Source of the DNA: Candidatus Latescibacterota bacterium
Lineage (GTDB): Bacteria > Latescibacterota > UBA2968 > UBA8231
NCBI GenBank assembly: GCA_965215195.1
Contig: CBDCDC010000002.1
Span: forward strand, 3,040,001-3,104,000
Direction of reading: 5' to 3'
Length of the DNA: 64,000 nucleotides
The translations under genes and the position numbers were made by a program. Under the pieces are notes generated by a model, which was given only the letters and a program-made list of their open reading frames with translations, did no database searches and was not told the DNA's origin. Numbering within the stretch: the first letter of the stretch is position 1; each line of letters opens with the position of its first letter. Shown piece after piece: positions 55,669 through 64,000 of this stretch.

Positions 55669-56501
55669 GGCGCACCTTTCGGTGAAGGGGATATGAGTTC
55701 GATTTGGTAGAGCTTGGGCCACCACTTGCCGGTGACGAAGAGCCGCTCGCCCTCGGGGTCGTAGGCAATGCCATTGAGCACCTCGGCGTTAGAGCCGCGG
55801 CGGTCTGCGTCGCTCAACAGCCCGGTCAGGTCTATCCACCCCGCGACTTGGCCGGTCGCCGGGTCGATGCGGGCAATGGTGTCGGTCTGCCAGATATTGG
55901 CAAAGACCTCGCCGGCGACCCATTCGAGTTCGTTGAGCTGCGGTACGGGGCGGCCTTGGGCCACAACGGCGACCCGGCTCACCTCGGCAAAGGTAAATGG
56001 ATCGCGGAAGTACAGGGTCGCGCTGCCATCGCTCATAACGAGTAGTTCGCTGCCGTACGTCAGCCCCCAGCCCTCGGTGGGATAGGCGAATTCCGCTAGC
56101 GGCTCAAAAGAATCGAGCCGATAGGCAAAGCCCTTGTTGGCCCGCCAAGTTAGCTGGAGGAGGCGATTGCCAAAGAGGGCGAGTCCCTCACCGAAGAAGC
56201 GGTCGTCGAGCTGGTGGAACTGCACGACAGCCCCTGTTTCGAGCTCGACCTTGCGCAGGGACGACTGGCCGTAGTGGCCGGTGCTTTCGTAGAGAAAGCC
56301 GCTGTCGTAGAGCAACCCTTGGGTATAGGCGTCCGGGTCGTGCGGAAAGGCGCGGGCGATTCGGTAGGAATACGTGGGGATTTCAGAGGGCGGTTGCGGC
56401 TGGAGGGCGGCGGGTTCAGGGCCGTGGTCAGACGGGGCTAGACAACTGGCATGGGTCGCCAAGAGCAAGGCGATGGCGGTGGACTGTACCTTGCGGATCA
56501 T
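55665..56501 (-). CDS. Glutaminyl-peptide cyclotransferase (type I, beta-propeller), probable lipoprotein
   Basis: PHDPDAYTQGL, LYESTG.YG.S, FFGEGL, QLTW, EGWGLT, MSDGS, LNELE, ANIW, VLNGIAYD, VTGKWWP. Start MIRKVQ at 56501. Confidence 0.93.
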   Translation of the reverse strand: MIRKVQSTAIALLLATHASCLAPSDHGPEPAALQPQPPSEIPTYSYRIARAFPHDPDAYTQGLLYDSGFLYESTGHYGQSSLRKVELETGAVVQFHQLDDRFFGEGLALFGNRLLQLTWRANKGFAYRLDSFEPLAEFAYPTEGWGLTYGSELLVMSDGSATLYFRDPFTFAEVSRVAVVAQGRPVPQLNELEWVAGEVFANIWQTDTIARIDPATGQVAGWIDLTGLLSDADRRGSNAEVLNGIAYDPEGERLFVTGKWWPKLYQIELISPSPKGAP

Positions 56502-56607
56502 GTAGGGTAAAATACGGGGCGCGATAGAGAGAGCAAGGCGCGGCGGCTTGCTTGTCGGGAGGTGGGCGTCTGTTAGAATTACGCAGAAAAGTCGAGGAGG
56601 AATTTGG

Positions 56608-56931
56608 ATGGCCATGAAAACTTTAGAGCAGCATATTGAGATTACCCCTAATATATCTGGTGGAAAGCCTCGCATTGCTGGACATCGAATTACAGTGGAG
56701 AACATCGTCATCTGGCATGAGTGCATGGGCAAGAGTGCGGATGAAATTGCCACTGAATACGATTTGACACTGGCGGATGTGTATGCGGCATTGGCCTACT
56801 ATTTCGATCACCGCGCTGAGATCAACCAATCGCTGGAAGAGAGTAAGGTATTTGTAAAAGCTCTACGTCAGCAGACCTTTTCAAAGCTTTCTGAGAAGCT
56901 GCGAGAAAAGATGCACCGTGGCGAAAATTAA
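56608..56931 (+). CDS. DUF433-domain antitoxin
   Basis: IEITPNISGGKPRIAGHRITV..I...GKSADEIA.EY.LTLADVYAALAYY. GAGGAGG RBS. Confidence 0.9.
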   Translation: MAMKTLEQHIEITPNISGGKPRIAGHRITVENIVIWHECMGKSADEIATEYDLTLADVYAALAYYFDHRAEINQSLEESKVFVKALRQQTFSKLSEKLREKMHRGEN

Positions 56932-57247
56932 GTTCTACACGGATGAGCATGTCTCAAAAGCTGTGGTGATAGGCCTCCGTCGAAGAGGCGTGGATGTATT
57001 GACTGTTCCAGAAGCGGGGACACTGGGAGCATCTGACGAAGCACATTTGAGAAGGGCGTGGGAAGAAGGACGCGTCATCTTTACCCAAGATGATGATTTC
57101 CTCCGCTTGGCAGCAGCAGGTGCAGATCATGCCGGAATTGTTTACACAACGCAAGAAAATGCGATTGGCGAGATCATTTCTGGTTTGATGTTAATCCATT
57201 GGGTATTGGAAGCGGACGAAATGATGGGCCATGTGGAGTGCCTCTGA
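56918..57247 (+). CDS. DUF5615 PIN-like toxin
   Basis: KFYTDEHV......LR.RG.DV.TV......ASD..HL..A....RVIFTQDDDF......HAGI. Overlaps the DUF433 gene. Confidence 0.88.
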   Translation: MAKIKFYTDEHVSKAVVIGLRRRGVDVLTVPEAGTLGASDEAHLRRAWEEGRVIFTQDDDFLRLAAAGADHAGIVYTTQENAIGEIISGLMLIHWVLEADEMMGHVECL

Positions 57248-57383
57248 GAATTGCCAACCATCTCTACCGAGCAAGGCGTTATTCCAAGAAAATCTGCCAA
57301 CGCGACGATGTTCAAAGAAGATAGGATACCTCTTTGGCATTTTTGCCGGGACGTGTAGATTGTATAAGGTGGAGGACAGACGG

Positions 57384-58001
57384 GTGATACAGCGGGCATA
57401 CATACCCCTCATCTGGATCGGCTTGCTGTTGGCGAGCGGAGCCGAGGCCGTGCGCATCCAAGACGCCGTGCCCGAAGAGGTGCCCAAGCGGCAGCGCGAC
57501 GGGTACTATGCTGCGGTAGGCCTGGGTTTCATCAACTTGGATCATCGCGGCGCGGGCGTGCGCGTCCCCTTGGGGTTTAGGGCAGTTTTCAACCGCTTGC
57601 GCCTCATAAGCTCGGCCAATGTGCTCGATGTGAGCTTTCACGAAGGCGACGACTACGACGAGCGTTACTTCCGGCCTATTCCCACCCGCAGCTACTGCGT
57701 TGATGCGCGGACTGGATACCGCGTGGCGGACTACCGCTGCTCGGGCGGCACGGATTGGCTCCGCTCGCTCAGTGCGGATCTGGCCTATATTGTCCTCGAG
57801 GAAGTGTGGATCGCCGGCCGACCGGGCAAGCTGTTCGCCGGGTTGGGCTACCGCCACGCAAATCCAAGGACGGCGTATGGGACCTTGGGGTTGTTTTTCG
57901 ATGCGCCGGGCCGGACCGTCGGCAGCTTCAAGGTCCTAGTCGGCAAGGGCTACGTCACCTTGGGTTTGCTGTGGGGCTTTGACTTGCGCCGCGTCTTTTA
58001 G
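57384..58001 (+). CDS. Hypothetical exported, possibly outer-membrane, protein
   Basis: GTG after a GGAGG RBS, signal peptide ending AEA, Gly/aromatic beta-strand pattern, a Cys pair in a loop, terminal Phe. Confidence 0.6.
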   Translation: MIQRAYIPLIWIGLLLASGAEAVRIQDAVPEEVPKRQRDGYYAAVGLGFINLDHRGAGVRVPLGFRAVFNRLRLISSANVLDVSFHEGDDYDERYFRPIPTRSYCVDARTGYRVADYRCSGGTDWLRSLSADLAYIVLEEVWIAGRPGKLFAGLGYRHANPRTAYGTLGLFFDAPGRTVGSFKVLVGKGYVTLGLLWGFDLRRVF

Positions 58002-58008
58002 AGGACGC

Positions 58009-60558
58009 ATGCTCGCCTTGGCCCTTTGCTCCGCCTTGGCCCTCGCGCCGGTGGGCGCTGCCGCGCAGAGGCTGTCTGCCGAAGTGCATCCGGGCCTGCT
58101 CTTTTCCGCCGCAGATATTCCCTTGCTCAAAGAGCGCATTCAGCGCGAACCCTATGCGACGTGGTGGCAGATTGTGTTGCAGCGGGCGCGAACCGCCCCG
58201 GCGACTTTTGCCGACGAGCGCGCCGAGGTCCGCTACGCCAAGTCCCTCGCCTTCGCTTGGCTGATGACCGACGATGCCGCGTTTGCCGAGCGCGCCTTGG
58301 CCGTGATGCAGGGGGTGGCGTTCCCGCCGCGGGGCGGCGATTTGGGCGAGCCGCACAACGAAGGCGAAGTCGTGGCCCAATACGCGGTGGCGTACGACAT
58401 CCTGCACCCCTATGCTGCGGCCAACGACCCCCAGGCTCTACTGGAGATGCGGTCGATTCTCGGCGAGGAAGCCGACCGCCTGTGGAAGGGCATCGTGATT
58501 GGCGAGGTGGGGTTTGGGCTGTTCCCGGTCAAGATTCGCTTGCACGAGACCCCGCATTTAGACAACTGGCACATCCGCGCATACGGCGGCCTCGGATTGG
58601 CGGCCATGGCCTTGAGCGAGTACGCCAGCGGCGAAGGTACGCCGCAGGAATGGGCCGACCGCGCCTTGGAGATGGTCACGAGTAGCCTCGACTTCCAGAT
58701 TGAAGGGAGGGACGGGGGATACGCGGAAGGGCCGTTCTACAGCCGCTACGCCGCGGATGTGTATCTGCCCTACTTGTTCGCGCTCGAGAACCGCACTGGC
58801 TTGGACCTGTTCGCCGATCCCAAGATCGAGAAGATGCACGAGTGGTCCCTGAACCTGCGGCTGCCCAATGGCCGGCGACCCAACATCGACGATGGCCACT
58901 TAGACGATTTCTACGGGCATTACCTAGCGGCGGTGCAAGCCAACGGCGGGGTCCATCGCTGGGACTGGGAGAACAACGAGCGCGGCCTGTACGTGCGCCA
59001 GTTTGCCGAGATGGACGCCATTGCCCTGTACGACGACCGCGTGCCCGCGCAAGAGCCGACGCACGGCCCGTCGGTTTTTATGCCCGGGGCCGGAGACGCC
59101 GTCTTCCGCAGCGACTGGTCGGCCGCGGCCACCTACCTGCTCCTGCGCGGCGAAAACGGCCCGGTACGCGAGCACGGGCTTGCGCACGAGCACCCCGACG
59201 GAACCAGCTTTGTGCTCTATGCCGGCGGCGAAATGCTGGCTTTAGACGCAGGTTACATCAATTTTGACAATCGCGACAAGGTCAACAAAGGCCGCAATCA
59301 CAACGTGGTGCTGGTCGATGGCAGAGGGCCACCGCGCCGGACCTTGCCCGTGGTGGGGACCATCGGCGACCGCAACGACGCTTTTATCGAGGCATTCTTC
59401 ACGAGTAGCGCTGGCGACTACGCAGAAGTCCGCACCGCCTACCGGGGGGTCGAGCTGAGGCGGCGGGTCTTTTTTGCCGACCACAGGTACTTCCTCGTGG
59501 CCGACGAAATCGACGACCCGGGCCGTCGCCACGCCTACGAATGGCGGCTGCACGGCAATGGCGGCGGCACCAGCGGCGGTGCCTATACCCGCGCGGGGAA
59601 CGTGGCGCGTTGGACGCGGGAAAAAGCCGAGCTACTGGCGTTTTTGCCCGACCAGCCCGGCCGAGTCGCGCTCGAAAGCGAGGCGGTCCACTCCTTTGAC
59701 TATCGCCAAGAGCAGACCCACGCGGTGTTGCGGGTGCAGCAAGAGGGCGTTGATGGGCGCTACTTAGCGGTGCTGTATCCGCGGGCGATTGGGGAGGCCG
59801 AGCCGGCGTTTGACACTGCGTCCTCGCAAGGTGCTGAGGCGGCTTTAGTGGCGTTGGCCGGGGTGCGGGACTTGGCTTGGCTGCGCCACGCCAATGCGTC
59901 CGAGGTCGCTGTATCCGGGCCGGGTGGGCGCTTGGTCAGCGACGCCCGCTTCGGCTATGTCCGCTATGTCGATGGCCAGCTCACCCGCTTTGCAGCGCAA
60001 GACGCGACCTACCTTTTGGCCGACGGAGAGGCGGTTTTCCGCGCCAGCGAAATGATAGATGTGAGCATGGAGCGAGACGACTATGCGGGTTTTGTGCGCG
60101 GCCCCGACGCGGGCTATCAGCTAAAAATGCCCCACGCGGGAAGCGAATGGACCGCGGCCCGCTTCCGCGGCGGCGAATGGCTGGGTACGGCCGTAGAAGG
60201 CGAGATGCTCGTGCTGGAGCTAGCGGGCGCGGGAACGCTAGAGTTGCGATCTGACCCGCAAGTCGAAGCGCAAAAGGAGGGGCAGCCGCGTCCCAAGGGC
60301 TACGCCCTGCATCCCAACGCGCCCAACCCATTCAATCCGACGACCAAAATCCGCTTCGACTTGCCCGTTGCCAGCTCGGTGCAACTAACGGTGTACAACG
60401 TCTTAGGGCAGGAAGTTGAGCGGCTGGTGGAGAGGCCGATGCCGTCGGGACAGCACGAGGTGGAGTGGGACGCGGCCGGCTACCAGAGCGGCCTCTACTT
60501 CTACGCGCTCAAAGCCGATTCCTACCGCGCACAGCGCAAGATGATTTTGCTGCGCTAA
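58009..60558 (+). CDS. Heparinase II/III-like polysaccharide lyase with T9SS type-A-like C-terminal domain
   Basis: HPGLLF, NW, DGGYAEGPFY, FRSDW, H.H.D..SF.LYA.GE.LA.DAG, HNVVLVDG, RRV.F. Tail PNAPNPFNPTT.I.F.LP...VYNVLGQEV...SGLYFY...RKMILLR. Confidence 0.82.
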   Translation: MLALALCSALALAPVGAAAQRLSAEVHPGLLFSAADIPLLKERIQREPYATWWQIVLQRARTAPATFADERAEVRYAKSLAFAWLMTDDAAFAERALAVMQGVAFPPRGGDLGEPHNEGEVVAQYAVAYDILHPYAAANDPQALLEMRSILGEEADRLWKGIVIGEVGFGLFPVKIRLHETPHLDNWHIRAYGGLGLAAMALSEYASGEGTPQEWADRALEMVTSSLDFQIEGRDGGYAEGPFYSRYAADVYLPYLFALENRTGLDLFADPKIEKMHEWSLNLRLPNGRRPNIDDGHLDDFYGHYLAAVQANGGVHRWDWENNERGLYVRQFAEMDAIALYDDRVPAQEPTHGPSVFMPGAGDAVFRSDWSAAATYLLLRGENGPVREHGLAHEHPDGTSFVLYAGGEMLALDAGYINFDNRDKVNKGRNHNVVLVDGRGPPRRTLPVVGTIGDRNDAFIEAFFTSSAGDYAEVRTAYRGVELRRRVFFADHRYFLVADEIDDPGRRHAYEWRLHGNGGGTSGGAYTRAGNVARWTREKAELLAFLPDQPGRVALESEAVHSFDYRQEQTHAVLRVQQEGVDGRYLAVLYPRAIGEAEPAFDTASSQGAEAALVALAGVRDLAWLRHANASEVAVSGPGGRLVSDARFGYVRYVDGQLTRFAAQDATYLLADGEAVFRASEMIDVSMERDDYAGFVRGPDAGYQLKMPHAGSEWTAARFRGGEWLGTAVEGEMLVLELAGAGTLELRSDPQVEAQKEGQPRPKGYALHPNAPNPFNPTTKIRFDLPVASSVQLTVYNVLGQEVERLVERPMPSGQHEVEWDAAGYQSGLYFYALKADSYRAQRKMILLR

Positions 60559-61002
60559 CTACTTTGCGATGACATAGCGCAGTACGGCCGCGACTTGCTC
60601 GGGCGCATGGGACACGGCGAGCGCGGCCGCATCCACCTCCTTGAGCGCGTGTTGCAGCTCGGGGGGGTGGAGGACGATCAGGGGCTTGTTGCAGGCGGCG
60701 GCAAACCCGGCGTCAAAAGCCGCGTTCCACTGGCGGTACTGGTCGCCGAAGCGCACCACCACCAAGTCGGCGTCGCGGATTAGGGTGCGGGTGCGGATGG
60801 CGTTGAGCTGTGCGCCTTTGCGATCTTTCCAAAAGCTGCTTTCCTCTGGCCCGAGGATGTCGATGCCGCAGTTGTCGCTGGCCGCGTGATCGGCGACTGG
60901 AGCGGTGAACGCGACTGGCAGGTCGCTGGCCGCTTGGGCGATGCGCTCGCGCCAGTCGCTGTGAATCTCGCCGGCTAGATAGACCTTCCACTGTTTGGAC
61001 AT
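60559..61002 (-). CDS. YtoQ family protein (nucleoside 2-deoxyribosyltransferase-like fold)
   Basis: VYLAGEIHSDWRE, FWKD.KGA.LNAIRT, VVRFGDQYRQWNAAFDAG, HALKEVD. Start MSKQ at 61002. Confidence 0.88.
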   Translation of the reverse strand: MSKQWKVYLAGEIHSDWRERIAQAASDLPVAFTAPVADHAASDNCGIDILGPEESSFWKDRKGAQLNAIRTRTLIRDADLVVVRFGDQYRQWNAAFDAGFAAACNKPLIVLHPPELQHALKEVDAAALAVSHAPEQVAAVLRYVIAK

Positions 61003-61143
61003 GGGGTTCCTCTTGGCGTGGTGAGTTGGAGCGGCAGGTCGCTGGAGGGCGGACAACGCAATTTGTCCCGATTGCGGCCAGCCGCTATCTTTTTTGCGAT
61101 GGTAAGCCCGTTGCCGGGCCATGTCAACACAGGAGAGTTTGCC

Positions 61144-61437
61144 ATGAAATCGGCACTTGAACTGGCCATGGAAAAGGCCAACGAGGCGGTCGGGGGCGCA
61201 GAGGGGATCAAGCTGACGGACGAGCAGAAAGAGGCCATAGACCAAGTGCGCAAGCAGTACCAGGCCAAGTGGGCCGAGCAAGAGATCGCGCTCAAGGGGC
61301 AGCTAGAGCAGGCCACGGGCGCAGACCCGCAGGCCCTCGTGGAAGCGCGACGCCAAGTGCAGGATCAAATGAGCAAAATCCGCAACCAGCTCTTTGCCGA
61401 GCGCGACGCCAAAATCGAGGCGATTCGCAATCAGTAG
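61144..61437 (+). CDS. Conserved hypothetical helical protein
   Basis: AGGAG RBS, MKSALELAMEK...LTDEQK..I..VR..Y.AK.AE.EI, coiled-coil-like. Confidence 0.75.
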   Translation: MKSALELAMEKANEAVGGAEGIKLTDEQKEAIDQVRKQYQAKWAEQEIALKGQLEQATGADPQALVEARRQVQDQMSKIRNQLFAERDAKIEAIRNQ

Positions 61438-61471
61438 GGCGCGGCTATTTTTTAACCCACCGGGGCCAGCT

Positions 61472-63151
61472 ATGCAGCCAAACTACGAAGTCGATATGAG
61501 ATTGAATGTCCGAACGCGCATGCGAGACGGCGTCGATCTTTCTTCCGACATCTATCTGCCGAGGGCATCGGCTAGGTTCCCGACCGTGTTGATGCGCACG
61601 CCGTACGATAACAACGCGCCGCCCATGATCGAGAAGGCCATGCGGCTCGCCAACAACGGCTATGCCTGCGTCCTCCAAGACGTGCGGGGGCGCTGGGACT
61701 CCGACGGCGTTCACTACGCCCTGTTCGACCACGGCCCGGACGGTTTTGATACGCAGGAATGGATTGGTCAGCAGGAGTGGAGCAACGGCAAAATCGGCAT
61801 GGCCGGAGGCTCCTACCTCGGATGGGTACAGTGGCAGAGCGCACCCCACCGCAGCCAGTACCTGACGTGCATGGCCCCGAGGGTCATGTGCGGCGATCTG
61901 TACTCGGGCCTCATTCACCCCGGCGGGGCGTTCCAGCTCAACGTCGCCCTCACGTGGGGGATGCGGACCAATGGCCGCACCGCCCAGAGCATCGAATACC
62001 ACAACTGGACGGAGGCCTTTCGCGCAATCCCACTCATCGACATGGATCAACAGGCAGGTAGAACCCTACCGTTTTGGCGGGATTGGGTGACGCACACCGA
62101 ATACGACGCCTACTGGGACTCGGTCAACGTCGAAAACAAGTGGGGCGAAATCGCGGCCCCGGCCCTGATAATGGGCGGCTGGTACGACCTCTACTCCCAC
62201 AACACCTTTATCAATTTCAACGGTCTGAGGCTGCATGGGCGGACGCCCGCAGCGAGGCAAAGTCAGCTCATCGTCGGTCCTTGGCCGCACGCGCTCAGTG
62301 TTTCTACCAAGACAGGTGATATCGACTTTGGCGCGAATTCGCTGTACGACTTGGAGGCGCTGGAGTTGCGGTGGTTTGATCATTGGCTGAAGGGCATGGA
62401 CAACGGCATCGTCGGCGAGGCCCCGCTGCGGCTCTTCATAATGGGCGTCAATGAATGGAGAGACGAGTGCGAATGGCCGCTGGCTAGGACCGACTGGCAA
62501 AAGTGGTATTTGCACTCCTCCGGCAACGCCAACACCCTGTTGGGCGACGGCCGTCTATCGCCGGAGGAGCCGGGCGACGAGCCTGCGGATCACTTTGCGT
62601 ACGATCCCGAGTTTCCCGTGCAGACCGTGGGCGGAAACAACTGTTGCTCGCCCCACATTGTGCCTTGGGGGCCGTACGACCAGCGCGCTGTGGAGATGAG
62701 GGCCGACGTGCTCTGTTACACCAGCGAGCCTTTGGCAGCCGACCTCGAGGTGACCGGGCCGATCAAGCTCGTCCTATACGCGGCTACAGACGGGCTCGAT
62801 ACCGACTGGACCGCCAAGCTGGTAGAAGTGTCAACTAGCGGGTACGCCAAGAATCTCTGCGATGGCATCATCCGGGCGCGCTATCGCGCGGGCTTCACCG
62901 CGCCTAAGTTGCTCCAGCCTCGGCAAACGTACCAGTACGAGATCGATCTCGCCGTCACCGGCAACGTCTTCAAGAAGGGGCACAGGATTAGGGTCGAAGT
63001 GTCCTCATCCAATTTCCCGCGCTTCGACAGAAACCACAACACCGGCAACGACCTCGGCACAGACGCGGAGATGCGCAGCGCACAACAGACGGTGCAACAC
63101 TCCACAGCGCATCCGTCTCACGTACTGTTGCCGGTGATTCCGCACCAGTAG
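61472..63151 (+). CDS. CocE/NonD family serine hydrolase
   Basis: MRDGV.L..DIY.P, RTPY, QDVRGR.DSDG, WSNGKIGM.GGSY.G, GGWYD, VGPW.H, GHRIRVEVSSSNFPRFDRN.NTG. Confidence 0.93.
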   Translation: MQPNYEVDMRLNVRTRMRDGVDLSSDIYLPRASARFPTVLMRTPYDNNAPPMIEKAMRLANNGYACVLQDVRGRWDSDGVHYALFDHGPDGFDTQEWIGQQEWSNGKIGMAGGSYLGWVQWQSAPHRSQYLTCMAPRVMCGDLYSGLIHPGGAFQLNVALTWGMRTNGRTAQSIEYHNWTEAFRAIPLIDMDQQAGRTLPFWRDWVTHTEYDAYWDSVNVENKWGEIAAPALIMGGWYDLYSHNTFINFNGLRLHGRTPAARQSQLIVGPWPHALSVSTKTGDIDFGANSLYDLEALELRWFDHWLKGMDNGIVGEAPLRLFIMGVNEWRDECEWPLARTDWQKWYLHSSGNANTLLGDGRLSPEEPGDEPADHFAYDPEFPVQTVGGNNCCSPHIVPWGPYDQRAVEMRADVLCYTSEPLAADLEVTGPIKLVLYAATDGLDTDWTAKLVEVSTSGYAKNLCDGIIRARYRAGFTAPKLLQPRQTYQYEIDLAVTGNVFKKGHRIRVEVSSSNFPRFDRNHNTGNDLGTDAEMRSAQQTVQHSTAHPSHVLLPVIPHQ

Positions 63152-63336
63152 TTAGCGGTTGGTGGCCGATAAATTTTCGCGGCGAGGGTGCCTCCCGCTC
63201 GTCGGCAAGCCCCCATGTCAACGCACGTTCTCAGCAGGCCGAGGGCTAGTATGCGCGCTCGTCGGTTTTCACGCGAGCGTCTCCGGGCTTGGCAGGGCAG
63301 CACACATCTGGCCAGAATGGCCGTCTTCAGCCATTG

Positions 63337-63365
63337 TTGACAGTGCAAATTTTAGAGCCTACTAT
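63337..63365 (+). promoter_or_regulatory. Putative sigma70 promoter of citrate synthase
   Basis: TTGACA (63337-63342), 17-nt spacer, TACTAT (63360-63365). Confidence 0.6.
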
Positions 63366-63444
63366 CTCATAAAAACAGCACACCCATCGCGCTTGGGGCG
63401 CGACTCAGCGCACTCGGCGACCGAGTCATTTAAGGAGAACAGAC

Positions 63445-64000
63445 ATGGCGGAAACGGCCCGCTTGCAGGTCGGGAACCAGAGCGTCGGACTGCCCATCGT
63501 CGTCGGCAGCGAGGGCGAAAAGGCGCTCGATATTGCCAAACTGCGCGCCGAGACCGGGTACATCGCCCTAGATCCCGGCTACGGCAATACGGGCTCCTGC
63601 CAGAGCGATATCACCTTTATTGACGGCGATGCGGGCATCCTGCGCTACCGGGGCTACGCAATTGAGGAGTTAGCCGAGCAAAGCCGCTTCATCGAGAGTG
63701 CCTATTTGCTGATCTGGGGCGAGTTGCCCAACGAGGTGCAGCTAGAGGAGTTCAGCACACTGCTGACCAAGCACCAGATGCTGCGCGAGGGGCTAAAGCA
63801 ACACTTCAGCCTCTTCCCGCCCAACTCGCCGCCGATGGCCGTATTGTCCTCGGTGCTCAACGCCTTGAGCTGCTACTACCCCGAGCTGTTGGAGATTCAG
63901 GACGAGGAGACCTTCACCGAAGCGGCCGCGCGCATCATGTCCAAGGTGCGCACCATTGCCGCCTATTCCTACCGCCAGCAGCAGGGCCATCACATCGAGT
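63445..64000 (+). CDS. gltA: Citrate synthase (partial; runs off the right edge)
   Basis: TAAGGAG RBS. Hand translation MAETARLQVG...GSEGEKALDIAKLRAETGYIALDPGYGNTGSCQSDITFIDGDAGILRYRGYAIEELA. Confidence 0.93.
   Translation, partial: MAETARLQVGNQSVGLPIVVGSEGEKALDIAKLRAETGYIALDPGYGNTGSCQSDITFIDGDAGILRYRGYAIEELAEQSRFIESAYLLIWGELPNEVQLEEFSTLLTKHQMLREGLKQHFSLFPPNSPPMAVLSSVLNALSCYYPELLEIQDEETFTEAAARIMSKVRTIAAYSYRQQQGHHIE

Overview
GC-rich bacterial chromosomal window. Gene content (FlgD-Ig/T9SS-like C-terminal tails, TWGxIK-tailed proteins, DUF6785-like permeases, sulfatase) suggests an FCB-superphylum organism such as Latescibacterota; this is inference, not a database result. Left flank (1-11.4 kb): two tandem secreted HExxH metalloprotease paralogs separated by an intact IS982-family element, then a methyltransferase, eroded toxin-antitoxin genes, a sulfatase, hemB, a deletion-broken type II restriction-modification pair, an SDR and a MORN-repeat lipoprotein. 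Centre (11.4-45.1 kb): the main finding. It holds two diverged, rearranged copies of the same seven-gene cell-envelope module: one ~870-aa Asp-rich probable outer-membrane protein, three discoidin-like/FlgD-Ig proteins, one CBM9-like TWGxIK-tailed protein followed by a strong stem-loop, one conserved lipoprotein and one double-parvulin foldase. The two copies bracket a TPR protein, two DUF6785-like permeases and an ASPIC/UnbV protein. I do not recognise this as a characterised system. Right flank (45-64 kb): MFS/spermidine-synthase fusion, a MetE-like gene whose 5' end is duplicated around a 2.1-kb insert, nucleotidyltransferase-uvrA, moaB, glutaminyl cyclase, a DUF433/DUF5615 TA pair, a heparinase II/III-like lyase, YtoQ, a CocE/NonD hydrolase and the start of citrate synthase. 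No rRNA, tRNA or CRISPR array was seen. All family assignments come from motif recognition by eye.
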